Of a stretch of DNA of 64,000 bases, positions 10,501-20,855 are shown piece by piece (position 1 is the stretch's first letter; every line of letters begins with the position of its first letter). A program made the position numbers and the translations under genes. The DNA lies in the NCBI GenBank assembly GCA_046582655.1, contig JAYGDX010000068.1, positions 64,001 through 128,000 of the forward strand, written 5' to 3'. Origin of the DNA: Candidatus Poribacteria bacterium (GTDB lineage Bacteria > Poribacteria > WGA-4E > UBA9662). Under the pieces are notes generated by a model, which was not told the origin of the DNA, searched no databases, and saw only the letters and a list, made by a program, of their open reading frames with translations.

Positions 10501-11364
10501 TTATCGAACATCCATCGCACATCGAAATCCAACAACGTTTAGACTGCTATTCGGATAATCGCTGACTCGCTCGGCGGTACGAAGGGAATGAGACGATCGG
10601 TACCAGGCACCACCTCGTAAAACGCGTCTCTCACCCATTTCAGGTCCTCTCGGGTTTTTATCATCACTTTCCGCGTAGTAGGATGCTCTATACCAATCTG
10701 CGCACCATTCCCAAACATTACCTGCCATATCAAACAAACCATAACTATTAGGAACAAATGACTTAACGGGAGAAGTGAAGACAAAACCATCGTTGACACT
10801 CGGACTTCGCCATTCAAAAGCAGTGTTGATATCGGAAAAATTGGCAGACCGATTGTCAGGCTCATTATCACCCCACGGATACTTTGTGCCTACTAAATTA
10901 CCCAGAGCGGCTTTTTCCCATTCGGCTTCGGTTGGAAGACGTTTACCGTTCCAGTGGCAATAAGCAACAGCATCAAACCATGTCACATTTGTTACTGGCT
11001 GTTCTGGTTGATTAAACTCAGAATCCGACCAAGGCTGATAATTGTAATCAAGGACTCCGTACTTGGCTGTATATCCAGTTCCATTAGGCGGGGAATGCCC
11101 AGTGGATTCGACAAATTGGCGATACTGAGTGTTGGTCACCTCGTGAACATCAATGTAAAAAGCATCCAAATGGACAGTATGAATTGGTCGCTCATCCACA
11201 TCTCCTGCCATGTTACCCATCTGAAATTTACCAGCTGGTATTAGAACCATTCCTTGGGGGTGAGGTTGATTCTCAGTTTCCCCAGAACAGCCAAAAGATA
11301 AAACGAAACATACTAAAATTGGGATCTTTGGAATGGTTCGCTGAAATACGATTGTGATATCCAT
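10501..11364 (-). CDS. Formylglycine-generating-enzyme family (SUMF1/EgtB/PvdO-like) lipoprotein
   Basis: Lipobox-like LSFGC; IPAGKFQMG, EVTNTQY, RLPTEAEWEKAA, GLFDMAGNVWEW and GFRCA motifs. Confidence 0.9.
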   Translation of the reverse strand: MDITIVFQRTIPKIPILVCFVLSFGCSGETENQPHPQGMVLIPAGKFQMGNMAGDVDERPIHTVHLDAFYIDVHEVTNTQYRQFVESTGHSPPNGTGYTAKYGVLDYNYQPWSDSEFNQPEQPVTNVTWFDAVAYCHWNGKRLPTEAEWEKAALGNLVGTKYPWGDNEPDNRSANFSDINTAFEWRSPSVNDGFVFTSPVKSFVPNSYGLFDMAGNVWEWCADWYRASYYAESDDKNPRGPEMGERRVLRGGAWYRSSHSLRTAERVSDYPNSSLNVVGFRCAMDVR

Positions 11365-11436
11365 AAACCAAATAGTGACATTATCAGTCGTCCTTCAGAT
11401 GCCATAACCTCACAATTTAAGAGATGTTATAGCGCC

Positions 11437-12222
11437 TCATCGATTGCCGAACTTAACTCGCCCCCACACCGTCGCCAACTTCCCTTCAGGCTGAACCGCC
11501 ATCAGAACTGCAAGTTCTTCGCTTGCTTCCTTCACTTGCTTCTCGTTCAAAGCCACTGAAAAAATGGCTACTTCATCAATGAGTCCATTATACCAATGCC
11601 CGCTACCTTCTCGATGCCCCAGCCGTAAATCCACGTTGCCACCAACTAACTTAAGTCCTTGCGCATCTTCTTTTTTAAGTTCACCATCAACATAAATCTT
11701 GGCAGTTTTCCCATCATAAGTACAAACGCAATGGGTCCATTTCTCCGGTTCGGTGGTGTTATTACCAGAGTTTCGGACCTTATGCTCCCCTTCACCACCG
11801 AGTGAAGTTGTGAAGTAGAAATAGCGACTGCCTCGGTTGACAAAGAGCCCATAATTTTCCCACGGCCCACCTTGTTTCCCGTTTGCCAGAACGGCAAGCC
11901 AGCCATCACCAGGGGCATCGTTCCAATTCACCCAAACAGAAATTGTGACTTCATCGGGGATAGACAGGGTTTTTGAACTCTTAATCAGAACGTGGTTGTC
12001 GACCCCTTTAAATTTCATAGCATCTCCATATTTCCCTTTAGCCACCTTGGCCTTCTCGATCTTACCATGATTCTTGTTACCAGACTCATCAATGACTTTA
12101 TCACCATCTAACTGCGAAAATGACATATACAAAGCCAACTCATCAAATGGCAATTCCGCTTTTAACACAACCGGAAATACAAAACAGACTAACAGCAAAA
12201 AAACGACTATCAACCGATACAT
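11437..12222 (-). CDS. Secreted LamG-like (concanavalin A-like) domain protein with C-terminal GKLATVWG tail
   Basis: Signal peptide; DESGNKNHG, WTHCVCTYDG, IYVDG and GLIDEVAIFSVAL motifs. Confidence 0.9.
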   Translation of the reverse strand: MYRLIVVFLLLVCFVFPVVLKAELPFDELALYMSFSQLDGDKVIDESGNKNHGKIEKAKVAKGKYGDAMKFKGVDNHVLIKSSKTLSIPDEVTISVWVNWNDAPGDGWLAVLANGKQGGPWENYGLFVNRGSRYFYFTTSLGGEGEHKVRNSGNNTTEPEKWTHCVCTYDGKTAKIYVDGELKKEDAQGLKLVGGNVDLRLGHREGSGHWYNGLIDEVAIFSVALNEKQVKEASEELAVLMAVQPEGKLATVWGRVKFGNR

Positions 12223-12310
12223 CTTGTTCCTCCCAGAAATGATTAAATATCAAAAATGTGGCAGAGCATGATAGCATAAATTCGTTTCGTAAGGACAGTA
12301 CCTCCTGCTG

Positions 12311-13079
12311 TTACAGAGCCTTTAGGCTTCCCCATGCAGTTGCCAGTTTACCCTGCGACTGCACAGAAGTCGTCCCTGCCATCTTCTTGGCTGCTTCTTT
12401 GGCTTGGGCTGCTGTTAAGGCGACCGAAAAAATGGTCACTTCATCAATAAGCCCATTATACCAGTGCCCGCTTCCGAGACGATGACCAATCCGCAAATCC
12501 TGCTTGCCACCAACCAGCTTCAGTCCTTGCGCGTCTTCCTTTTAAGCTCACCGTCAACATAAATCTTAGCAGTTTTTCCATCATAAGTGCAAACGCAATG
12601 GGTCCATTTTCCCGACTGGGTGGTGTTATTACCGGAGTTTCGGACCTTATGCTCCCCTTCACCACCGAGTGAAGTCGTAAAGTAGAAATACTTACCGCCT
12701 CGGTTAACGAAAAGTCCATAATTTTCCCATGGCCCGCCTTGTTTCCCGTTTGTCAGAACAGCAACCGGCATCCTTCCAATTCACCCAAACAGAAATTGTG
12801 ACTTCACCTGATATGGACAGGGAGTCTGAATTTTTGATCAGAACATGGCTGTCCTTGCCATTGAATTCCATCGCATCCCCATACTTACCTTTCCCTTTGG
12901 CAGCACTGGCTTTAACTATTTTGCCGTTATTTCCATTTTTGGACTCATCTTTCACGGTGTCGCCTGAGACGTTATCAAAAGACACATAATAAAGCTAGTT
13001 TGTCTAAGGGTAATTCGGTTCTACCTAATATTGGCAGTGCCAAACTACAAACGATGATAAGGATTAAAAACTTTTTCAT
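12311..13079 (-). pseudogene. Frameshifted tandem paralog of the adjacent LamG gene
   Basis: AAGGAG then ATG 13079 (MKKFLILIIVCSLALP). Three frameshifts at about 12990, 12765 and 12540. Segments are nearly identical to 11437..12222. Confidence 0.88.
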
Positions 13080-13373
13080 TTTGATTCTCCTTCATTTAGT
13101 TATCAATTTACGACTGAGTTTAAAGGTGATCATCGCGAAACAACGGTATAAACTAGCTGTCAACGAGGGTTATATGATATGCTAAAAAATACATTTTTAC
13201 TTAATCGTACCCTTGTATTTTGAGTTAAAAACTTAAATCAAAAGGAGTATTGATTAAATGACGAATAGGGTATTGAGAATGAAATTAGAAATTATTTGTC
13301 TTATTCTTGTTAATTACTATCTGTTTTGCTATTTTTTTACTTAGATGAGAACGAATCGTGTAGGAGGTGTTCG

Positions 13374-14174
13374 ATGGGTAAATTAGATGGACGAGTTGCG
13401 CTTGTCACAGGTGCTGCGCGTGGTCTTGGACGTGCTTATGCTCTACATCTGGCTCGACTTGGCGCCGATGTTGTCATTAACGATATTGATTTAAACGCAG
13501 CTGAGGAATATAGTGAGGAACTAACTGCCAAAACCGTGATGGAAGAGATTGAGAATTTAGGGCGACGTTCACTTGGTATTCAGGTGGATGTTACCCAACG
13601 TCATGCAGTTTTTGAAATGACCAGTGAGATCATGGATAAATTCGGGCGAATTGATATTTTGGTGAATAACGCCGGTGGTGCCTTAGGAAAACCCCAGTCC
13701 ACAATGGCATCGGATTCGGAGGAGGTGTATTACCAGTACATCATGGATATCAATCTCAACAGTACGATTTTTTGCTGTCAGGCAGTTAGCCAACCAATGA
13801 AAGAGGCCGGCTACGGTCGCATTGTGAATATAAGCTCTCAAGCGGGATTGTGGGGTGGTGGTACTGGAGGCGGTATGCCCTACAAAGTGGCAAAGGCTGG
13901 GATTGTACAATACACGCGTATCTTGGCTGCAGAATTGGGGCCATATAGAATCAATGTCAACTGTATGGCCCCAGGTTGGATTCTCTCCTCACGCGCCATT
14001 GCGGGCGGTAGAAATAGCGCAGAGAGTCGGCAGAGCCTGGAACCGCAGATTCCGTTGCGACGGTTGGGAACGCCTGAAGATTGCGCAAAAGTGGTTGAGT
14101 TTTTGGTAACAGACCTTTCTGCTTATGTGACTGGGCAATGTATACCGGTTTGTGGAGGATTTGTTGGATTCTAA
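13374..14174 (+). CDS. Short-chain dehydrogenase/reductase (FabG-like)
   Basis: AGGAGG before ATG 13374; TGAARGLG, NNAG and catalytic YKVAK motifs. Confidence 0.93.
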   Translation: MGKLDGRVALVTGAARGLGRAYALHLARLGADVVINDIDLNAAEEYSEELTAKTVMEEIENLGRRSLGIQVDVTQRHAVFEMTSEIMDKFGRIDILVNNAGGALGKPQSTMASDSEEVYYQYIMDINLNSTIFCCQAVSQPMKEAGYGRIVNISSQAGLWGGGTGGGMPYKVAKAGIVQYTRILAAELGPYRINVNCMAPGWILSSRAIAGGRNSAESRQSLEPQIPLRRLGTPEDCAKVVEFLVTDLSAYVTGQCIPVCGGFVGF

Positions 14175-14265
14175 TTATACATTGATGGTGAACAACCCCA
14201 TTGCATTGCGTAATACGCAATATGTCCTGTAAAATCTAGTTTTTCATGGGCCCGCACTAGATATT

Positions 14266-14296
14266 GAAATTCTTGGGCGGTGCGTCCAAGAATTTC
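14266..14296. terminator. Hairpin between convergent genes, possible bidirectional terminator
   Basis: GAAATTCTTGG-gcggtgcgt-CCAAGAATTTC, a perfect 11-bp inverted repeat. Confidence 0.45.
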
Positions 14297-14474
14297 GGGA
14301 CTGCTGCCGTCGTCGCGTGGGTCACGCCGCTTGCCAAGTGGGACTTGAACAGGTCACTAGGTATGGGCTATGACCTACACTCCTTGTTTCTCCGCAGCCC
14401 ACACACCATGTGGCTGAGATTTACGCTGCAGAATGCAGTTTTTTGATGGAGGCTTCCAGAGGTACAATGTCCTA

Positions 14475-15974
14475 TCAAGAGTCTTGAGCTAGCATGGCAG
14501 CTGTTCTTTCCTCGATCTCGAGTGGGGAATCTCGTCGGCCAAGTGCGAGCGCACCAAAGATCAACAGCTCCGTACAACGCAGAAATATCCAGTTGTTGGT
14601 GTGTTGTCCTCTCATGGGTAATGTCGCCCACGGGAAGCCGAAAAAGACGAAGTTGAGTGAATAGTAAACGAGGGCGCTAAGAATTAACCCTTGGCGCGCG
14701 AAGGTCCGTCCGCCTTTCTCGAAGCAAAACGCGGCGAGGGTCATTATTCCCAAAGGGAGGATGATCAAAAGGAACCGGTCCGTGTAGAAGTGTACATTGT
14801 CAGTCGTTTTAAGCGTGATCCCGGCAATCGGGAGGGTCAGGAGGGGAAGCGATAACATGTAAGACCATAGGAACCAGCCCCATGGCGAGTGGAAAGTCCG
14901 CGATGGGATCAATTCCCTCGTACCTCTTGACGCCCCAGAGGTAGAGCAGGAAGGTGTGTACTACGATAAGAGTCCATTCAGCTGTCAGAGGGATCTCCGC
15001 CTCGTCGCCCGTATCTCCTCGGGCGACCAGCTTACGGTTAAGCCAGAGTCCGAGCCCGAGCACAAAGCCCAAGACGAGACCGAAGGTCGTCTCCATCATG
15101 TTCCACCAGTTCCAACCCATAAGGCTGAAGAATTTCTCGGGAAAGATGCCGGGCAGTGACTTGTGTAGTGACAGATCGAATTCGGTGAGCCAGCCCGGAG
15201 TCCAGGAATGCTTGGCCCGAAGGCTTTGTCCGAGGGTGAAACCGAGACCACCCGCCAGCACACCGAAAAAGGCCATGTTGCGAGCCAACTTGTCTTTCTT
15301 GATAAACCCTATGTAAGCGACTAGACACGTAAAAGCAACAAGGAGACCACCCTAGCACTCACGACGCGGTTTCATCTCGAGGTTATCCGGCTCCCATTTC
15401 CAGTGGTCCGAGAAGTAGATCCATGGGAGGACCCGATCCGGCGAACCGACCTCCGGAACGTAAGGGCGGTTGAGTAGTTGGATCCCGACGAATGCGAACA
15501 CTATTAACGCAGCGTAAAGTCCAAGCATTTCTCTCCACCGGTATTTCTTACCTCCCAGGCCAATACCGAGAAACGCCCCGCCAAAACCGACCCAAAGCCC
15601 ACCCTTGATGAAAAGCCCGATCATGCCCAGCGGTACGCATCGTAGTTTCCTACCAAGGGAGTGTCGTGAGTTAGCCCAACGGTCTGTCCGTAGGTCATCG
15701 TGCCACCGAACGAGAAGGCAATGGCAGTCAAAGCTACAGCTCTTGCGGCGTGGAGTGAAGTCGATCGCCTGCAGAAAAGAAAGACGAGAGTGAAGGCCAC
15801 CAGGACGCCTGGCACCATCACCCCCCACTCGTGTCCATACTGTCCTCGTATGCCCCAGCCCATGCCACCGGCAGCCGCTCCCATCAGTGGCGCAGCGAAA
15901 AACAACACGAGGGACGAGGCCGTATTTTCTTCGATGCCAGTGTCGTGAGGCTTTGGGTTCAGGCCTCTCGTCAT
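14475..15974 (-). pseudogene. Uncharacterised polytopic membrane protein, disrupted and GC-rich relative to its flanks
   Basis: Four consecutive ORF pieces (GWGIRGQYGHEWG, FGGTMTYGQT, FIKGGLWVGFGG, NWWNMMETTFG) joined by frameshifts near 15625 and 14865 and an in-frame TAG at 15352-15354. Confidence 0.8.
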
Positions 15975-16498
15975 CGTGTTCCTTCTAAAGATCATTGTGT
16001 TTGGAGCCTGCTAAAAGGTTATCAATATCATTTCGGTCTATTTCCGTCATTCTCAATCCCTTTGCTGTGGTTGTGTTTTGGCAACCTGCCCACAAATTAT
16101 GGAAAGGTTAATCGGTTCGCATTATCGGGTTTCCTTTCAGATGCTTACTGATTCTAGCAAAAACATCAACTGCCGTAAAGTAACAACCCTCAACTTCCTA
16201 TTCTTTTGAGGGTTTCTACTTTGTCCCGAATAACTGAAACTGAAGGTTCAACCAATGACGTGGACGTGGTTGTCCTCGGTCGGTCGACTTCTAGGAGATT
16301 AAGGAGGAATTTGGGCACATCCGATAAAACTTATGGATGGGTTCCAGTACGTACATTTTGGAAACATACCATATTTTGAAAAATGTGATACCGTAGATTG
16401 GCCAACCTGCCGCTGATCTTGGTATCTTAAATTTGATATAAAGGGAATTCAAAACGTGGATTCGCCTGATTACACAATTATAGTCTTGCATGATTAAC

Positions 16499-18553
16499 TT
16501 AGATCAGCCCGTGATAACGTCCCATCCAATAAGGTAGGAGGAAAATCGTTGGGTCTTCTTCTGCTCTACCTCCACCAGCGTAATCCAGAGAGTAAGGATT
16601 GCCATTCCATTTCATCATGCGTCGTTCATCGGCAGGGAGTGGAATAACTGATTGGATCTCTTTGACACCTGGTTCTTCGGTTGCAATTTCAATGTCGGCT
16701 CGGTGGCTATTAATGACTGTCCAGCATATCAGATCCATTGGGATGCGTTGCAAGCTATCAATTGATTGTTGGTGATGGTAATGGTTGCCCGTTAATGCCC
16801 CGTAAGCCAAATTCCAAAGTGGATTGCGTTCCGCACTTATAATCTGCCAACTCTGCTGAAAACCAAGCAGGTAAATCGACCGCAAATCTGGATCTTTTTC
16901 ATACTTTAGGAGTGGGTAATAGACAACCAACGCCAGTTCATCATCAGAGTGGTTAGTTGGATCCGGTGCAGTTAACTTTTGATCAATTGAGTTGAGTGCG
17001 TAGTGGTGTTGGTGAATTAAGTGGAGGTAGGCTTGATGAAACTTTTGGTCGTCTGTAATATGATGTGCGGTTTTGAGCATCGATAAAATTTCTAGCGAAT
17101 TAAGATTACGTTGCAGTTTCCATTCACCATTAAGCATTCTTGGAGACCATACTCCCCAAGTAGTATGTTGTCCGTCCAAATCAATTAACAGAAAATCATT
17201 GTCAACAATATACGTCATAATTCGGTGGACAACTTCGGCGATATTTTTCTTCTCTGTCTCGTCAGCCACCAAATCATAGTAGATTGAGTAAGCGAATAGA
17301 TGACCATCAAGTTCGTCTGAACTGGTATCTCCTTTCCATTCATACAATCCATCTTCTGTGTCGTGCCATTCGCCATGTGATTTATCGACTGGTTCTCCTT
17401 TTTGAATTATCGCGCGTGCTGGAAACCCGTCAATGGGAGTAATCGATTCAAGTTGGATTATGGCCTCCATCGACCTGCGGGCGAGTTCTTTAGCCGAGGG
17501 CTGGCCTGTAGCTGCATAACGAAAACTCTGGGCTGCAACATAGAGCGATGTCCAAAGCCCATCATTATCTGAAGCTTGATACATATAGCTACTTAGATCC
17601 CCCGGTATCTTGAGATTACAAGAAGTAATATAACCTCGTCGATCATGGCGGGCGAGGACTATCTTCTCTAAAGCTTCAGCTTTTCGTTCTAGCGTATACT
17701 TTCTTTTTTCAATTTGGCTAATCCCTTCGGAGGTTGCTATAAAAGCCGTACTATCATCTTGAATAGAGATCGCGTTGACATAGTCATCAGGCAGCCATCG
17801 TTTCGAATGAAAGTATTCCCACTTCCCATTATCCCACAATATGGCACCCAGAGTGGTGCCGATCCAGCGTTGACCGTACGGACCAAGCCTAATTTTGATG
17901 ACATCTTCGTATGGCAAGCCGCTTTTGCTTCCGTTAATGAGATACCATTCTGTTTGACGATCAAAAACAATGACTCCCGCATCCGATCCAATCCAGAGAT
18001 GACCATGTCGGTCGATTTCGATACACTGAAGATTGTTACTAGGTAAACCGGAATTCTGCTGGCTAAATAATACTGCTTCTCCATCGCAGCAGCATATTAG
18101 ACCATTATCGGTTGCCAGCCAAATTCGCCTATCATTATCAATGGCCATGCCTTGGATGTTATATTCGGTAAGTTCCTTATCAAAATGATGCCAGGTACCA
18201 TCTAGCATGCGGTAATAGATTTTATTTGATCCGGATATCCACACTTGTCTTCGATTATCTTCTGCTATTGTCCGAATACTCTCTGGTATCTCAAGGGCGA
18301 TTTGGTAGTTTTTGTCAAATAGACGGTGACCGGCAACAGTCCATAGATCCTGATTGCTATCTACATACAAAATCGAGATGTCAGCTATCTCGGCAACTAG
18401 CGTCCACTTTACACCGTCGAATTGAGACAGTCCCTTTGAAGTACCAGCCCAGATACTATTTAGGCTATCAACAACGATTGATCGGACATCATTACTCGGA
18501 AGCCCGTTTGTGATTGTATGATTTTTTTGGAATTTTTGCAGGTATTCAATCAT
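16499..18553 (-). CDS. Two-component-regulator-type beta-propeller fused to a C-terminal alpha/alpha-barrel (glycoside-hydrolase-like) domain
   Basis: Repeats GLPSNDVRSI..D...IWAGT..GL; C-terminal domain with DNDGLWT, WKGDTSSDE and FLLPYWMGRYHG. Confidence 0.7.
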   Translation of the reverse strand: MIEYLQKFQKNHTITNGLPSNDVRSIVVDSLNSIWAGTSKGLSQFDGVKWTLVAEIADISILYVDSNQDLWTVAGHRLFDKNYQIALEIPESIRTIAEDNRRQVWISGSNKIYYRMLDGTWHHFDKELTEYNIQGMAIDNDRRIWLATDNGLICCCDGEAVLFSQQNSGLPSNNLQCIEIDRHGHLWIGSDAGVIVFDRQTEWYLINGSKSGLPYEDVIKIRLGPYGQRWIGTTLGAILWDNGKWEYFHSKRWLPDDYVNAISIQDDSTAFIATSEGISQIEKRKYTLERKAEALEKIVLARHDRRGYITSCNLKIPGDLSSYMYQASDNDGLWTSLYVAAQSFRYAATGQPSAKELARRSMEAIIQLESITPIDGFPARAIIQKGEPVDKSHGEWHDTEDGLYEWKGDTSSDELDGHLFAYSIYYDLVADETEKKNIAEVVHRIMTYIVDNDFLLIDLDGQHTTWGVWSPRMLNGEWKLQRNLNSLEILSMLKTAHHITDDQKFHQAYLHLIHQHHYALNSIDQKLTAPDPTNHSDDELALVVYYPLLKYEKDPDLRSIYLLGFQQSWQIISAERNPLWNLAYGALTGNHYHHQQSIDSLQRIPMDLICWTVINSHRADIEIATEEPGVKEIQSVIPLPADERRMMKWNGNPYSLDYAGGGRAEEDPTIFLLPYWMGRYHGLI

Positions 18554-18784
18554 TGGGTTTTCTTTTCTAAATTCTTGGTAGGCTTTCCAAATTAAGTCTA
18601 ATCATCATACATAATCCAATCAAAGGAATCAAGTTGACACAATAACCTGATGATATTTATCTGTTGTCTTTAATCTTAGCAGAAAGATTGTGAAATTTCG
18701 AATCTGTGGGAGTTTTTATGCTGTAACCAAGCCCATGTTTAAAGTATAATAACCTTAAGTTGTATACTATAATTCAGATCTAGG

Positions 18785-19576
18785 ATGATAATTATGTTTA
18801 GAAACCATTTATTGTTAATAGCAATTGTAACCATTGCATTTTTGACAGTCTCAATTTCTCAGGTTGCAAATGGACAAGAGTTCGTCACCGATGGATTAGT
18901 CCTTTATTACTCTTTCGATAAGGATACTGTGACAAAGAACAAGGTAACAGATTTGTCTGGAGAAGGTAATGACGGCAAGATTGAAGGAAAGTTAAAGTCC
19001 ATCGACGGACCACCGAAAGGGGATTTTGGTCAAGCCTTTGAATATGTGGGTGATGCCGATTGCTACGTTGAAATTCCAGCACTTGGAGATTGGGAACAGG
19101 TTTCTATCGAATGTTGGGCGATGGAAAACTCGTTTGGCGGCATTCAAGGAATTGTCTCCACTTGGATGTGGGAGCCGGGTAAAGTCCACTTCAAATTTGA
19201 AGGTAACCAGATACAGGTTCATAAAAATGACGGCGTTAAGATCAGCATGAATGCTGAAGCAGAAAAATGGTATCATATCATTTACACTTCGGATCCCAAA
19301 GATGGTGGTGCAAAAAGTCTAAAGCTCTACGTAGATGGCGAATTGATTCAAGAAGGCGCTGCGGGAAAAGCCCCTGAAAACATGAAGGAACGCAGAGTGG
19401 GCAGCGAACACAACGGAAGGTTTCTAATTGGGGCGATTGACGAAGTTCGGATCTACGACCGAATTTTGGAAGAGAAGGAAGTCAAACAGAATTCCGAAAT
19501 CAAGTCCAACAACATGCCGGTGGACCCGTTGGATAAACTGACGACCTCTTGGGGATATCTCAAATCTCGTATGTAG
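18785..19576 (+). CDS. Secreted LamG-like domain protein with C-terminal DKLTTSWG tail
   Basis: Signal peptide; GLVLYYSFD, DLSGEGNDG, LYVDG and GAIDEVRIYDRIL motifs. Confidence 0.9.
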   Translation: MIIMFRNHLLLIAIVTIAFLTVSISQVANGQEFVTDGLVLYYSFDKDTVTKNKVTDLSGEGNDGKIEGKLKSIDGPPKGDFGQAFEYVGDADCYVEIPALGDWEQVSIECWAMENSFGGIQGIVSTWMWEPGKVHFKFEGNQIQVHKNDGVKISMNAEAEKWYHIIYTSDPKDGGAKSLKLYVDGELIQEGAAGKAPENMKERRVGSEHNGRFLIGAIDEVRIYDRILEEKEVKQNSEIKSNNMPVDPLDKLTTSWGYLKSRM

Positions 19577-20855
19577 CCTGTTGATCCAATCCTGCTAGTA
19601 CGTCAAAGAAAGTGGGAAAAGTCTTATTAACACAACCTGGATTCTTAATTTTGATTCCGGGTTTTTTAATGCCGATTAATGAGAAACTCATCGCCATTCG
19701 GTGATCATTATAAGTGTCAATTTCGGCTGGTTGGATCTCTGATACTGGCTCAATTTCAATCGCGTCATCGTATTCGGTGACGCTGACACCGAGTTTTCGC
19801 AACTCGGTTACCACTGCGTGGATGCGGTCGGTTTCCTGCCAGCGGATATGTTCAATGTTTCGGATGGTTGTTTTTCCCTCAGCAAACGGGGCGATTGCTG
19901 CCAACGTAAGTGATGTATCCGAGATTTCGCTCATGTCTACATCAACACCTGTCAGTCTTTCTGTTCCAACAACTTCAATTGCCCTGTTTTTTGAAATGAC
20001 TTGGCACCCCATCTGTTGGAGAATATTAACAAAGTGTATGTCCCCCTGCACGGAATTAAGGCTTAAATTCTCCAGGCGAACCCTTCCACCAGTGACTGCC
20101 GCCAAGGCAAAAAAATAGGATGCATTCGATGCGTCCGGTTCGATCTGATAGTTCCGTGGTTTATAGGTCTGACTGCCATAGACCTTAAATGAATGATAGT
20201 CTTCGTTGATAACGTCTGCTCCAAACGCGCGCATGACCGAAATGGTAATGTCGATATACGGTTTTGAAATCAGATTGCCTTCAAGCTCGATTTCTATGCC
20301 AAGTTGGGTAACTGGAGCAATCATCAACAACGAAGTTAGAAACTGGCTACTTTTGTTGGCGCTGAGACGGGTTTTTCCCCCTCTGAGTTTTTTGGCATCA
20401 ACAATTAGGGGGAAGCGGTCATTATTCAACTCTGATCGAACTTCAACCCCAAGTTGTCTAAGAGCATCCAGTAAATCTCCGATTGGACGGCTCTCACGCA
20501 TTGGTGGGTCTCCGTCAATACGAAATCTACCATTTCCCAAAGCAACGTAACTGACAAGCGGACGTGCGGCAGTTCCAGCGTTGCCGATGTATAGATCCGC
20601 CTGACTGACCGGAATATTACCACCGTTGCCTACCACCTCAAAAGTACAGTTTTCTGGATCTGCTAAAATTGATACGCCTAACTTTCGAAGCGAATCGACC
20701 ATGCAATCCGTATCGTCGCTAAACAATGCACCAGACAAGTGTGATTTGCCATTTGCCAGCGACGCAATCAACAAAGTACGGTTCGTATAACTCTTTGAAC
20801 CAGGGACCTTTATAGTCACATCAATAGGGTTCTTAATTGGTTTAATCTCGACCAT
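19560..20855 (-). CDS. aroA: 3-phosphoshikimate 1-carboxyvinyltransferase (EPSP synthase)
   Basis: VPGSKSYTNR, GNAGTAAR, SSQFLTSLL, ETDRI and DHRMAM motifs. Confidence 0.97.
   Translation of the reverse strand: MVEIKPIKNPIDVTIKVPGSKSYTNRTLLIASLANGKSHLSGALFSDDTDCMVDSLRKLGVSILADPENCTFEVVGNGGNIPVSQADLYIGNAGTAARPLVSYVALGNGRFRIDGDPPMRESRPIGDLLDALRQLGVEVRSELNNDRFPLIVDAKKLRGGKTRLSANKSSQFLTSLLMIAPVTQLGIEIELEGNLISKPYIDITISVMRAFGADVINEDYHSFKVYGSQTYKPRNYQIEPDASNASYFFALAAVTGGRVRLENLSLNSVQGDIHFVNILQQMGCQVISKNRAIEVVGTERLTGVDVDMSEISDTSLTLAAIAPFAEGKTTIRNIEHIRWQETDRIHAVVTELRKLGVSVTEYDDAIEIEPVSEIQPAEIDTYNDHRMAMSFSLIGIKKPGIKIKNPGCVNKTFPTFFDVLAGLDQQATYEI

Noticed and set aside
10501..11364. True sulfatase-maturing FGE serving the nearby sulfatase
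   Set aside because: The catalytic Cys pair after RGG is absent (RGGAWYRSSHSLR), so only the fold can be assigned.
8864..15974. TAG recoding (Gln or pyrrolysine) to explain the in-frame amber codons
   Set aside because: Many intact genes here end in TAG (sulfatase, SRAP, flotillin, nuoC, nuoH). The same broken genes also carry frameshifts, and the implied residues differ (Gln versus Trp).
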